Part shown: one piece after another, positions 25,656 to 39,600 of the stretch
Position numbering within the stretch: the first letter of the stretch is position 1
Layout: each line of letters starts with the position of its first letter
Assembly: GCA_040954595.2 (NCBI GenBank)
Contig: CM082591.2
Coordinates: 9,937,309 to 10,001,308 of the forward strand
From: Balanoglossus misakiensis
Taxonomy: Eukaryota; Animalia; Hemichordata
DNA: 64,000 bases
Reading direction: 5' to 3'
Translations under genes and position numbers: made by a program
The notes under the pieces: model-generated
The model's database searches: none
The model's input: only the letters and a program-made list of their open reading frames with translations
What the model was told of the DNA's origin: nothing

Positions 25656-26087
25656 CTTTCGTCATCGTAATTCCCGCATCAACACGAATCCTCAATCTCA
25701 CGCAACAACAATACATCAAAATGTACACAGAAAAATAGGAGTCGGCAAGACAATTCTGGTTAGTTTGAGCCCCAACCTTTTAAAATTCACAACGGGGTAG
25801 GGGGCAGTTTTTCCTCATTTTATATTTGGCTCGAGGTTTTTAACTGTCCCCAGGCGCGTAAAGTTAGTTAGTTTATCACACAGAATGTAATTATCTTGCT
25901 TGATTTAAAAAACACTAAAATTGTATGGGGGAGCTTCTTGCGATTTGCACTTAAGAAACTGATGGTTTTTACCCATAGATAATATTTAGTATTAAGCACA
26001 TAATTGCCTGGAAATAAAAATTAACTCAAGGGTAGAATGCAACAGTTAATTTTGTGCAATATCAACAGGAGCTATTTTGGCACATTT

Positions 26088-26187
26088 TTTCAGTTTGATA
26101 AACACTGTTTTTGCTCATTGTTTCATTTCGACCACATTATTTCAGTTTGATAAACACTGTTTTTGCTCATTGTTTCATTTCGACCAC
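26088..26187. repeat. ~50-bp tandem duplication
   Basis: tttcagtttgataaacactgtttttgctcattgtttcatttcgaccac occurs twice. Confidence 0.85.
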
Positions 26188-26347
26188 TTTTGTCACCTTG
26201 TTTCAAATTGAATGCTGTTTGACCACTATACTTGGGGTAATTGTTCCAAATTGGTATGCAAGATATTTTACATCAGCAGTTAGCCATCTAGCCACACTTT
26301 AGCTGCACAGCATATGAAAAATAATGAAATTCATGCAAAAAGCAAAA

Positions 26348-26404
26348 AAGTATTATGGGTATAATGCTATTGCAGCATTGGCGGTTCGACTCCGTCGATA
26401 CTTA
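26348..26404 (+). other. tRNA-like fold lacking a D arm, inside an 18-bp inverted repeat
   Basis: Acceptor-like stem aagtatt/gatactt, hairpin aatgc-tattgca-gcatt, T arm ggcgg-ttcgact-ccgtc (B-box GGTTCGACTCC). Not a canonical tRNA. Confidence 0.35.
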
Positions 26405-26573
26405 CTTTGAAGCATAAGTCTTCATTATTTTTCATATGTAATAAATAAAACTATTCCAAATTCATATCTTTGTTTTCAGTTAGTGCTTTTGCTTCAGTTA
26501 GGGGGCCCACACTTACCAAACCTGTCTTGCCATCTTTTCACATTTCTTCAACAGTAGGCAGTATTTGATCAAA

Positions 26574-29500
26574 TTGACCCACAAATCACTCAAAATTAAT
26601 AGGCAGGATACTGTCCACTCTGGCCTGGTTACTGTCTGGCCAGGTTAATGTTGACGCAAAGGTTGACCACACCAAACACTCAAAATTAACGGGCACGACA
26701 CTGGCCACTCTGGCCTGGTTAATTAATGTTGACGCAAAGGTTGACCCCACCAAACACTCAAAATTAATGGGCACGACACTGGCCACTAGCTCTGCATGGC
26801 CTGGTTAATCAATGCTGACGCAAAGGTTGACCCCACCAAACACTCAAAATTAATGGGCACGACACTGGCCACAAGCTCTGGCCTGGTTAATCAATGCTGA
26901 CGCAAAGGTTGACCCCACCAAACACTCAAAATTAATTGGCACGACACTGGCCACTAGCTCTGGCCTGGTTAATCAATGCTGACGCAAAGGTTGACCCCAC
27001 CAAACACTCAAAATTAATGGGCACGACACTGGCCACTAGCTCTGGCCTGGTTAATCAATGCTGACGCAAAGGTTGACCCCACCAAACACTCAAAATTAAT
27101 GGGCACGACACTGGCCACTAGCTCTGGCCTGGTTAATCAATGCTGACGCAAAGGTTGACCCCACCAAACACTCAAAATTAATGGGCACGACACTGGCCAC
27201 TAGCTCTGGCCTGGTTAATCAATGCTGACGCAAAGGTTGACCCCACCAAACACTCAAAATTAATGGGCACGACACTGGCCACTAGCTCTGGCCTGGTAAA
27301 TCAATGCTGACGCAAAGGTTGACCCCACCAAACACTCAAAATTAATGGGCACGACACTGGCCACTAGCTCTGCATGGCCTGGTTAATCAATGCTGACGCA
27401 AAGGTTGACCCCACCAAACACTCAAAATTAATGGGCACGACACTGGCCACTAGCTCTGCATGGCCTGGTTAATCAATGTTGACGCAAAGGTTGACCCCAC
27501 CAAACACTCAAAATTAATGGGCACGACACTGGCCACTAGTTCTGCATGGCCTGGTTAATCAATGTTGACGCAAAGGTTGACCCCACCAAACACTCAAAAT
27601 TGATGGGCACGACACTGGCCACTAGCTCTGCATGGCCTGGCTAATCAAGGTTGACGCAAAGGTTGACCCTACCAAACAGTCAAAATTAATGGGCACGACA
27701 CTGGCCACTAGCTCTGGCCCGGTTAAGCAATGCTGACGCAAAGGTTGACCCCACCAAACACTCAAAATTAATGGGCACGACACTGGCCACTAGCTCTGGC
27801 CTGGTTAATCAATGCTGACGCAAAGGTTGACCCCACCAAACACTCAAAATTAATGGGCACGACACTGGCCTCTAGCTCTGCCCTGGTTAATCAATGCTGA
27901 CGCAAAGGTTGACCCCACCAAACACTCAAAATTAATGGGCACGACACTGGCCACTAGCTCTGGCCTTGTTAATCAATGCTGACGCAAAGGTTGACCCCAC
28001 CAAACACTCAAAATCAATGGGCACGACACTGGCCACTAGCTCTGCATGGCCTGGTTAATCAATGCTGACGCAAAGGTTGACCCCACCAAACACTCAAAAT
28101 TAATGGGCACAACACTGGCCACTAGCTCTGCATGGCCTGGTTAATCAATGTTGACGCAAAGGTTGACCCCACCAAACACTCAAAATTAATGGGCACGACA
28201 CTGGCCACTAGCTCTGCATCGCCTGGTTAATCAATGTTGACGCAAAGGTTGACCCCACCAAACACTCAAAATTGATGGGCACGACACTGGCCACTAGCTC
28301 TGCATGGCCTGGTTAATCAATGTTGACGCAAAGGTTGACCCCACCAAACACTCAAAATTGATGGGCACGACACTGGCCACTAGCTCTGGCCTAGCTAATC
28401 AATGTTGACGCAAAGGTTGACCCCACCAAACACTCAAAATTGATGGGCACGACACTGGCCACTAGCTCTGCATGGCCTGGTTAATCAATGCTGACGCAAA
28501 GGTTGACCCCACCAAACACTCAAAATTAATGGGCACGACACTGGCCACTAGCTCTGGCCTGGTTAATCAATGCTGACGCAAAGGTTGACCCCACCAAACA
28601 CTCAAAAGTAATGGGCACGACACTGGCCACTAGCTCTGGCCTGGTTAATCAATGCTGACGCAAAGGTTGACCCCACCAAACACTCAAAATTAATGGGCAC
28701 GACACTGGCCACTAGCTCTGGCCTGGTAAATCAATGCTGACGCAAAGGTTGACCCCACCAAACACTCAAAATTAATGGGCACGACACTGGCCACTAGCTC
28801 TGCATGGCCTGGTAAATCAATGCTGACGCAAAGGTTGACCCCACCAAACACTCAAAATTAATGGGCACGACACTGGCCACTAGCTCTGCATGGCCTGGTT
28901 AATCAATGTTGACGCAAAGGTTGACCCCACCAAACACTCAAAATTGATGGGCACGACACTGGCCACTAGCTCTGCATGGCCTGGTTAATCAATGCTGACG
29001 CAAAGGTTGACCCCACCAAACACTCAAAATTAATGGGCACGACACTGGCCACTAGCTCTGCATGGCCTGGTTAATCAATGTTGACGCAAAGGTTGACCCC
29101 ACCAAATACTCAAAATTAATGGGCACGACACTGGCCACTAGCTCTGCATGGCCTGGTTAATCAATGTTGACGCAAAGGTTGACCCCACCAAACACTCAAA
29201 ATTGATGGGCACGACACTGGCCACTAGCTCTGGCCTAGGTAATCAATGTTGACGCAAAGGTTGACCCCACCAAACACTCAAAATTGATGGGCACGACACT
29301 GGCCACTAGCTCTGCATGGCCTGGCTAATCAAGGTTGACGCAAAGGTTGACCCTACCAAACAGTCAAAATTAATGGGCACGACACTGGCCACTAGCTCTG
29401 GCCTGGTTAAGCAATGCTGACGCAAAGGTTGACCCCACCAAACACTCAAAATTAATGGGCACGACACTGGCCACTAGCTCTGGCCTGGTTAATCAATGCT

Positions 29501-32500
29501 GACGCAAAGGTTGACCCCACCAAACACTCAAAATTAATGGGCACGACACTGGCCTCTAGCTCTGCCCTGGTTAATCAATGCTGACGCAAAGGTTGACCCC
29601 ACCAAACACTCAAAATTAATGGGCACGACACTGGCCACTAGCTCTGGCCTTGTTAATCAATGCTGACGCAAAGGTTGACCCCACCAAACACTCAAAATTA
29701 ATGGGCACGACACTGGCCACTAGCTCTGCATGGCCTGGTTAATCAATGCTGACGCAAAGGTTGACCCCACCAAACACTCAAAATTAATGGGCACAACACT
29801 GGCCACTAGCTCTGCATGGCCTGGTTAATCAATGTTGACGCAAAGGTTGACCCCACCAAACACTCAAAATTGATGGGCACGACACTGGCCACTAGCTCTG
29901 GCCTGGCTAATCAATGTTGACGCAAAGGTTGACCCCACCAAACACTCAAAATTGATGGGCACGACACTGGCCACTAGCTCTGCATGGCCTGGTTAATCAA
30001 TGTTGATGCAAAGGTTGACCCCACCAAACACTCAAAATTGATGGGCACGACACTGGCCACTAGCTCTGCATGGCCTGGTTAATCAATGTTGACGCAAAGG
30101 TTGACCCCACCAAACACTCAAAATTGATGGGCACGACACTGGCCACTAGCTCTGCATGGCCTGGTTAATCAATGTTGACGCAAAGGTTGACCCCACCAAA
30201 CACTCAAAATTAATGGGCACGACACTGGCCACTAGCTCTGGCCTGGTTAATCAATGCTGACGCAAAGGTTGACCCCACCAAACACTCAAAATTAATGGGC
30301 ACGACACTGGCCACTAGCTCTGGCCTGGTTAATCAATGCTGACGCAAAGGTTGACCCCACCAAACACTCAAAATTAATGGGCACGACACTGGCCACTAGC
30401 TCTGGCCTGGTTAATCAATGCTGACGCAAAGGTTGACCCCACCAAACACTCAAAATTAATGGGCACGACACTGGCCACTAGCTCTGGCCTGGTAAATCAA
30501 TGCTGACGCAAAGGTTGACCCCACCAAACACTCAAAATTAATGGGCACGACACTGGCCACTAGCTCTGCATGGCCTGGTTAATCAATGCTGACGCAAAGG
30601 TTGACCCCACCAAACACTCAAAATTAATGGGCACGACACTGGCCACTAGCTCTGCATGGCCTGGTTAATCAATGTTGACGCAAAGGTTGACCCCACCAAA
30701 CACTCAAAATTAATGGGCACGACACTGGCCACTAGTTCTGCATGGCCTGGTTAATCAATGTTGACGCAAAGGTTGACCCCACCAAACACTCAAAATTAAT
30801 GGGCACGACACTGGCCACTAGCTCTGCATGGCCTGGTTAATCAATGTTGACGCAAAGGTTGACCCCACCAAATACTCAAAATTAATGGGCACGACACTGG
30901 CCACTAGCTCTGCATGGCCTGGTTAATCAATGTTGACGCAAAGGTTGACCCCACCAAACACTCAAAATTAATGGGCACGACACTGGCCACTAGCTCTGCA
31001 TGGCCTGGTTAATCAATGTTGACGCAAAGGTTGACCCCACCAAACACTCAAAATTGATGGGCACGACACTGGCCACTAGCTCTGGCCTAGGTAATCAATG
31101 TTGACGCAAAGGTTGACCCCACCAAACACTCAAAATTGATGGGCACGACACTGGCCACTAGCTCTGCATGGCCTGGCTAATCAAGGTTGACGCAAAGGTT
31201 GACCCTACCAAACAGTCAAAATTAATGGGCACGACACTGGCCACTAGCTCTGGCCCGGTTAAGCAATGCTGACGCAAAGGTTGACCCCACCAAACACTCA
31301 AAATTAATGGGCACGACACTGGCCACTAGCTCTGGCCTGGTTAATCAATGCTGACGCAAAGGTTGACCCCACCAAACACTCAAAATTAATGGGCACGACA
31401 CTGGCCTCTAGCTCTGCCCTGGTTAATCAATGCTGACGCAAAGGTTGACCCCACCAAACACTCAAAATTAATGGGCACGACACTGGCCACTAGCTCTGGC
31501 CTTGTTAATCAATGCTGACGCAAAGGTTGACCCCACCAAACACTCAAAATTAATGGGCACGACACTGGCCACTAGCTCTGCATGGCCTGGTTAATCAATG
31601 CTGACGCAAAGGTTGACCCCACCAAACACTCAAAATTAATGGGCACAACACTGGCCACTAGCTCTGCATCGCCTGGTTAATCAATGTTGACGCAAAGGTT
31701 GACCCCACCAAACACTCAAAATTGATGGGCACGACACTGGCCACTAGCTCTGCATGGCCTGGTTAATCAATGTTGACGCAAAGGTTGACCCCACCAAACA
31801 CTCAAAATTGATGGGCACGACACTGGCCACTAGCTCTGGCCTAGCTAATCAATGTTGACGCAAAGGTTGACCCCACCAAACACTCAAAATTGATGGGCAC
31901 GACACTGGCCACTAGCTCTGCATGGCCTGGTTAATCAATGCTGACGCAAAGGTTGACCCCACCAAACACTCAAAATTAATGGGCACGACACTGGCCACTA
32001 GCTCTGGCCTGGTTAATCAATGCTGACGCAAAGGTTGACCCCACCAAACACTCAAAAGTAATGGGCACGACACTGGCCACTAGCTCTGGCCTGGTTAATC
32101 AATGCTGACGCAAAGGTTGACCCCACCAAACACTCAAAATTAATGGGCACGACACTGGCCACTAGCTCTGGCCTGGTAAATCAATGCTGACGCAAAGGTT
32201 GACCCCACCAAACACTCAAAATTAATGGGCACGACACTGGCCACTAGCTCTGCATGGCCTGGTAAATCAATGCTGACGCAAAGGTTGACCCCACCAAACA
32301 CTCAAAATTAATGGGCACGACACTGGCCACTAGCTCTGCATGGCCTGGTTAATCAATGTTGACGCAAAGGTTGACCCCACCAAACACTCAAAATTGATGG
32401 GCACGACACTGGCCACTAGCTCTGCATGGCCTGGTTAATCAATGCTGACGCAAAGGTTGACCCCACCAAACACTCAAAATTAATGGGCACGACACTGGCC

Positions 32501-33655
32501 ACTAGCTCTGCATGGCCTGGTTAATCAATGTTGACGCAAAGGTTGACCCCACCAAATACTCAAAATTAATGGGCACGACACTGGCCACTAGCTCTGCATG
32601 GCCTGGTTAATCAATGTTGACGCAAAGGTTGACCCCACCAAACACTCAAAATTGATGGGCACGACACTGGCCACTAGCTCTGGCCTAGGTAATCAATGTT
32701 GACGCAAAGGTTGACCCCACCAAACACTCAAAATTGATGGGCACGACACTGGCCACTAGCTCTGCATGGCCTGGCTAATCAAGGTTGACGCAAAGGTTGA
32801 CCCTACCAAACAGTCAAAATTAATGGGCACGACACTGGCCACTAGCTCTGGCCTGGTTAAGCAATGCTGACGCAAAGGTTGACCCCACCAAACACTCAAA
32901 ATTAATGGGCACGACACTGGCCACTAGCTCTGGCCTGGTTAATCAATGCTGACGCAAAGGTTGACCCCACCAAACACTCAAAATTAATGGGCACGACACT
33001 GGCCTCTAGCTCTGCCCTGGTTAATCAATGCTGACGCAAAGGTTGACCCCACCAAACACTCAAAATTAATGGGCACGACACTGGCCACTAGCTCTGGCCT
33101 TGTTAATCAATGCTGACGCAAAGGTTGACCCTACCAAACACTCAAAATTAATGGGCACGACACTGGCCACTAGCTCTGCATGGCCTGGTTAATCAATGCT
33201 GACGCAAAGGTTGACCCCACCAAACACTCAAAATTAATGGGCACAACACTGGCCACTAGCTCTGCATGGCCTGGTTAATCAATGTTGACGCAAAGGTTGA
33301 CCCCACCAAACACTCAAAATTGATGGGCACGACACTGGCCACTAGCTCTGGCCTGGCTAATCAATGTTGACGCAAAGGTTGACCCCACCAAACACTCAAA
33401 ATTGATGGGCACGACACTGGCCACTAGCTCTGCATGGCCTGGTTAATCAATGTTGATGCAAAGGTTGACCCCACCAAACACTCAAAATTGATGGGCACGA
33501 CACTGGCCACTAGCTCTGCATGGCCTGGTTAATCAATGTTGACGCAAAGGTTGACCCCACCAAACACTCAAAATTGATGGGCACGACACTGGCCACTAGC
33601 TCTGCATGGCCTGGTTAATCAATGTTGACGCAAAGGTTGACCCCACCAAACACTC
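26574..33655. repeat. 82/86-bp satellite, ~84 units, with higher-order repeats
   Basis: Unit ttgaccccaccaaacactcaaaattaatgggcacgacactggccactagctctg(catg)gcctggttaatcaatgYtgacgcaaagg. Rare variants recur at ~1.6-1.85 kb and 3450 bp spacing. Confidence 0.98.
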
Positions 33656-33656
33656 T

Positions 33657-36600
33657 TTGGCTGTATTTCAATTTGTTCGTGGTAAATTAATTTTGTGGAG
33701 GTGACCGGCACTGAAGCTCTTAGCTAGGATGAGGTGGGATGGAAAAATGCCCCATTTTAGCTGTTTTAAAATATACGACTATTTATAGACAAAAGGAAAA
33801 TAAAACAAGCGCAAAAACATACCAAACTAGTTTTATTAATTAAAAATAAAAATTGCTGAGTAAAGGTTTTCATGTGGGCATTCACTTTGAACTTGCTAAA
33901 TTACTTTAAAGAGACAAAGTCGCTCTCTCTTTGACCTTTTGCGATGATGGAATGCTTGCTTGAAGTCTCTCGTGCAATAAATGATGTCGATTCATACATG
34001 TATGGATGGTGTATAGGTGGTCGGAATTTACATGTCTTTGCCACGACCAAACCAACAACACGTAAAATCAAAGTTTGGGTCATGAAATCGAGTTTTGTTA
34101 CAGTCTAGAATTTCATGCCACCCCTTATGGTCATATTATTCTTGGTAGGCAAAAGTGACAAGTAGTCAAGTTTCAACACAGGCAACATTTTTTACAAACA
34201 AACCACACAGAAGACATCAAAAGGGAGAGAATTATAGAATGGTCAATGTGTGAAAAGTTAAGATACGTAAAGTGGCCGGGTTCAACATTAACTCATCGAC
34301 TTCATATCGTCTTCATGCCATGGTTTTTGCCTGCCCTGAAAGTTCCTGTCGTTGCAGAAGTGGTTTTGACAGAAAGAATTTAGTCTTCCGGGATGTTTGT
34401 GATTATTTGAACACCAGACAATACAATGCAACCTTGACTTCCAAAATACTTACCGGCATTGCATTATCTTACCATGGTTAGGCCTACAGTGAACAAATTT
34501 TCAACAATATTTTCTGAGTTACCGCTGATATTTGTTTTGTAGTATGGATATTAAATTATACATCCCGATACAAAACAGAATGTTATAGAATCCTTCCTGA
34601 GTGATATTGAAAAAATTACCGGAATGCTACCGCCTAATCTATGGTTAGGGTTATTGCTATTATTTTATATCAGTAATCGACTTTGTGTATATCAATGTCA
34701 TTTTCATAACGAAAATGAACTCGAGTCTAATGTAAACGTTACGAATTGATCGAAAGGCGCTCTGATGAATGTTAACACGAGTGCGCAGTGACAAGACATG
34801 CATCGTGCATGACAGTGACAACAGTTCCTATAGAGCAGTTAAAAAATAAACCGGCCGTCCGTAAATTTATCAGCTATATTTTTTTTTATTTAGTCACGTT
34901 TTCCCTGTTGCATGCTATTAGTTCAGGGGCCAGTTTTAGCAGTGCTCTATTGAGTACTTTCGTATCGATGGATTGATCTCTCGTCCAATCAGAATGGCGG
35001 ATGGTAGCATGATCCGACATATTGCGTATTACAATAGGGCTTCCTCATACAGGTCAGAACGGAGAGGTCATTCCTTTTATTTTAGGACGTCTCAGCTCCT
35101 TTGTCTTTTCTGTTATAGTGTTAAAGAAATCAAACGGTTTTGTTTTGGCCGGTAAACACCGATGGATTAACTCTTAAGTCCATCGTGCATCCAAACGCAG
35201 TCGAGTCGGTTTGGTCATTGTTTATGCGACAGTAAATGCCAAATGTGACAGAAGCATCATATTAAATGAGATAGAATACACAAACAAACAAACATACGAA
35301 TAAACAAACAGGCAAACAAACAAACAAACAACCATTAGGGACTGTTCAGAATTTACTTCCAAGTTGGGGATGGAGGATTTTTTATTTTCCTGGTGATTTT
35401 TTTCCATGGTCTCCCCTAGTAAATTGTGGAGGAAATATGTGGTCCCTCCTTAAATTTCCTGGGGATTTTCCATGGTCCCCCTATTGTGACTTTTATGTCT
35501 AGTCTCCCCTAATTTGTCTTGGAGAAAATGGGTGGTCTCCCCCTCTGAAAATTCTCCGCCCCCTGGAAGTAAATTCTGAACAGTCCCTTATTAAAGCCAA
35601 CAGCTAGCACCATGGCTTCTCTGCCAGAGGAGCGATAACATCGACAAAATGCAGATACACAAGAAATGAGCACTTTATTCCACAAGTGAAGTAGTCTGTT
35701 CCCTGCCCCATTCCCACCGCTGGCTGCGCCCTTTAGCGTAGCGCCGATGGCAGTGGGAATGGGGCAGGGGACCAGACTACAAGTGAAGAACCCCAGTAAC
35801 AGACGTAACGAACAAACAAACTACATGTACTAACAACAAAGCAAGAAAAGTGTCAAGCGTCGTCAAAGAAAACGAAAAAGTTCTAGCATGGTTGGTAAAA
35901 GTTATTGGTAGAAAACGAATAGGGCCTTCTACAAATGACGTCTCAGACCCGCAAACGCCACCAGAACACAAAACACATGCACAGAACAGTTTAAGCCGGT
36001 TGTTGTATGGAGCAGCAATAATCTGCGGTTGGGCCGTCGTAGATTTTCGCTGGTGGTGAAAATAAATAAAACACGATCGATGTTCGATTTATTCCAGATC
36101 ACATGCGTTTACGGCCAGGAGAGAGCATAAAAGTCTTCAAATAACCATGTGGTGGCGCACTTTTTCCGATTGGCTGTATTTCAATTTGTTCGTGGTAAAT
36201 TAATTTTGTGGAGGTGACCGGCACTGAAGCTCTTAGCTAGGATGAGGTGGGATGGAAAAATGCCCCATTTTAGCTGTTTTAAAATATACGACTATTTATA
36301 GACAAAAGGAAAATAAAACAAGCGCAAAAACATACCAAACCTAGTTTTATTAATTAAAAACAAAATTGCTGAGTAAAGGTTTTCATGTGGGCATTCACTT
36401 TGAACTTGCTAAATTAATTAAAAGAGACAAAGTCGCTCTCTCTTTGTCCTTTTGCGATGATAGAATGCTTGCTTGAAGTCTCTCGTGCAATAAATGATGT
36501 CGATTCATACATGTATGGATGGTGTATAGGTGGTCGGAATTTACATGTCTTTGCCACGACCAAACCAACAACACGTAAAATCAAAGTTTGGGTCATTAAA

Positions 36601-39600
36601 TCGAGTTTTGTTACAGTCTAGAATTTCATGCCACCCCTTATGGTCATATTATTCTTGGTAGGCAAAAGTGACAAGTAGTCACGTTATAACACAGGCAACA
36701 TTTTTTACAAACAAACCACACAGAAGACATCAAAAGGGAGAGAATTATAGAATGGTCAATGTGTGAAAAGTTAAGATACGTAAAGTGGCCGGGTTCAACA
36801 TTAACTCATCGACTTCATATCGTCTTCATGCCATGGTTTTTGCCTGCCCTGAAAGTTCCTGTCGTTGCAGAAGTGGTTTTGACAGAAAGAATTTAGTCTT
36901 CCGGGATGTTTGTGATTATTTGAACACCAGACAATACAATGCAACCTTGACTTCCAAAATACTTACCGGCATTGCATTATCTTACCATGGTTAGGCCTAC
37001 AGTGAACACATTTTCAACAATATTTTCTGAGTTACCGCTGATATTTGTTTTGTAGTATGGATATTAAATTATACATCCCGATACAAAACAGAATGTTATA
37101 GAATCCTTCCTGAGTGATATTGAAAAAATTACCGGAATGCTACCGCCTAATCTATGGTTAGGGTTATTGCTATTATTTTATATCAGTAATCGACTTTGTG
37201 TATATCAATGTCATTTTCATAACGAAAATGAACTCGAGTCTAATGTAAACGTTACGAATTGATCGAAAGGCGCTCTGATGAATGTTAACACGAGTGCGCA
37301 GTGACAAGACATGCATCGTGCATGACAGTGACAACAGTTCCTATAGAGCAGTTAAAAAATAAACCGGCCGTCCGTAAATTTATCAGCTATATTTTTTTTT
37401 ATTTAGTCACGTTTTCCCTGTTGCATGCTATTAGTTCAGGGGCCAGTTTTAGCAGTGCTCTATTGAGTACTTTCGTATCGATGGATTGATCTCTCGTCCA
37501 ATCAGAATGGCGGATGGTAGCATGATCCGACATATTGCGTATTACAATAGGGCTTCCTCATACAGGTCAGAACGGAGAGGTCATTCCTTTTATTTTAGGA
37601 CGTCTCAGCTCCTTTGTCTTTTCTGTTATAGTGTTAAAGAAATCAAACGGTTTTGTTTTGGCCGGTAAACACCGATGGATTAACTCTTAAGTCCATCGTG
37701 CATCCAAACGCAGTCGAGTCGGTTTGGTCATTGTTTATGCGACAGTAAATGCCAAATGTGACAGAAGCATCATATTAAATGAGATAGAATACACAAACAA
37801 ACAAACATACGAATAAACAAACAGGCAAACAAACAAACAAACAACTATTAGGGACTGTTCAGAATTTACTTCCAAGTTGGGGATGGAGGATTTTTTATTT
37901 TCCTGGTGATTTTTTTCCATGGTCTCCCCTAGTAAATTGTGGAGGAAATATGTGGTCCCTCCTTAAATTTCCTGGGGATTTTCCATGGTCCCCCTATTGT
38001 GACTTTTATGTCTAGTCTCCCCTAATTTGTCTTGGAGAAAATGGGTGGTCTCCCCCTCTGAAAATTCTCCGCCCCCTGGAAGTAAATTCTGAACAGTCCC
38101 TTATTAAAGCCAACAGCTAGCACCATGGCTTCTCTGCCAGAGGAGCGATAACATCGACAAAATGCAGATACACAAGAAATGAGCACTTTATTCCACAAGT
38201 GAAGTAGTCTGTTCCCTGCCCCATTCCCACTGCTGGCTGCGCCCTTTAGCGTAGCGCCGATGGCAGTGGGAATGGGGCAGGGGACCAGACTACAAGTGAA
38301 GAACCCCAGTAACAGACGTAACGAACAAACAAACTACATGTACTAACAACAAAGCAAGAAAAGTGTCAAGCGTCGTCAAAGAAAACGAAAAAGTTCTAGC
38401 ATGGTTGGTAAAAGTTATTGGTAGAAAACGAATAGGGCCTTCTACAAATGACGTCTCAGACCCGCAAACGCCACCAGAACACAAAACACATGCACAGAAC
38501 AGTTTAAGCCGGTTGTTGTATGGAGCAGCAATAATCTGCGGTTGGGCCGTCGTAGATTTTCGCTGGTGGTGAAAATAAATAAAACACGATCGATGTTCGA
38601 TTTATTCCAGATCACATGCGTTTACGGCCAGGAGAGAGCATAAAAGTCTTCAAATAACCATGTGGTGGCGCACTTTTTCCGATTGGCTGTATTTCAATTT
38701 GTTCGTGGTAAATTAATTTTGTGGAGGTGACCGGCACTGAAGCTCTTAGCTAGGATGAGGTGGGATGGAAAAATGCCCCATTTTAGCTGTTTTAAAATAT
38801 ACGACTATTTATAGACAAAAGGAAAATAAAACAAGCGCAAAAACATACCAAACCTAGTTTTATTAATTAAAAACAAAATTGCTGAGTAAAGGTTTTCATG
38901 TGGGCATTCACTTTGAACTTGCTAAATTAATTAAAAGAGACAAAGTCGCTCTCTCTTTGTCCTTTTGCGATGATAGAATGCTTGCTTGAAGTCTCTCGTG
39001 CAATAAATGATGTCGATTCATACATGTATGGATGGTGTATAGGTGGTCGGAATTTACATGTCTTTGCCACGACCAAACCAACAACACGTAAAATCAAAGT
39101 TTGGGTCATTAAATCGAGTTTTGTTACAGTCTAGAATTTCATGCCACCCCTTATGGTCATATTATTCTTGGTAGGCAAAAGTGACAAGTAGTCAAGTTAT
39201 AACACAGGCAACATTTTTTACAAACAAACCACACAGAAGACATCAAAAGGGAGAGAATTATAGAATGGTCAATGTGTGAAAAGTTAAGATACGTAAAGTG
39301 GCCGGGTTCAACATTAACTCATCGACTTCATATCGTCTTCATGCCATGGTTTTTGCCTGCCCTGAAAGTTCCTGTCGTTGCAGAAGTGGTTTTGACAGAA
39401 AGAATTTAGTCTTCCGGGATGTTTGTGATTATTTGAACACCAGACAATACAATGCAACCTTGACTTCCAAAATACTTACCGGCATTGCATTATCTTACCA
39501 TGGTTAGGCCTACAGTGAACAAATTTTCAACAATATTTTCTGAGTTACCGCTGATATTTGTTTTGTAGTATGGATATTAAATTATACATCCCGATACAAA

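Noticed and set aside
26348-26404. Canonical tRNA gene
   Set aside because: There is no D arm, no variable loop and no U33. It is retained only as a tRNA-like candidate.
24167-33655. 50-bp and 82/86-bp arrays as CRISPR arrays
   Set aside because: There are no unique spacers and no cas genes, and the context is eukaryotic. They are head-to-tail tandem repeats.
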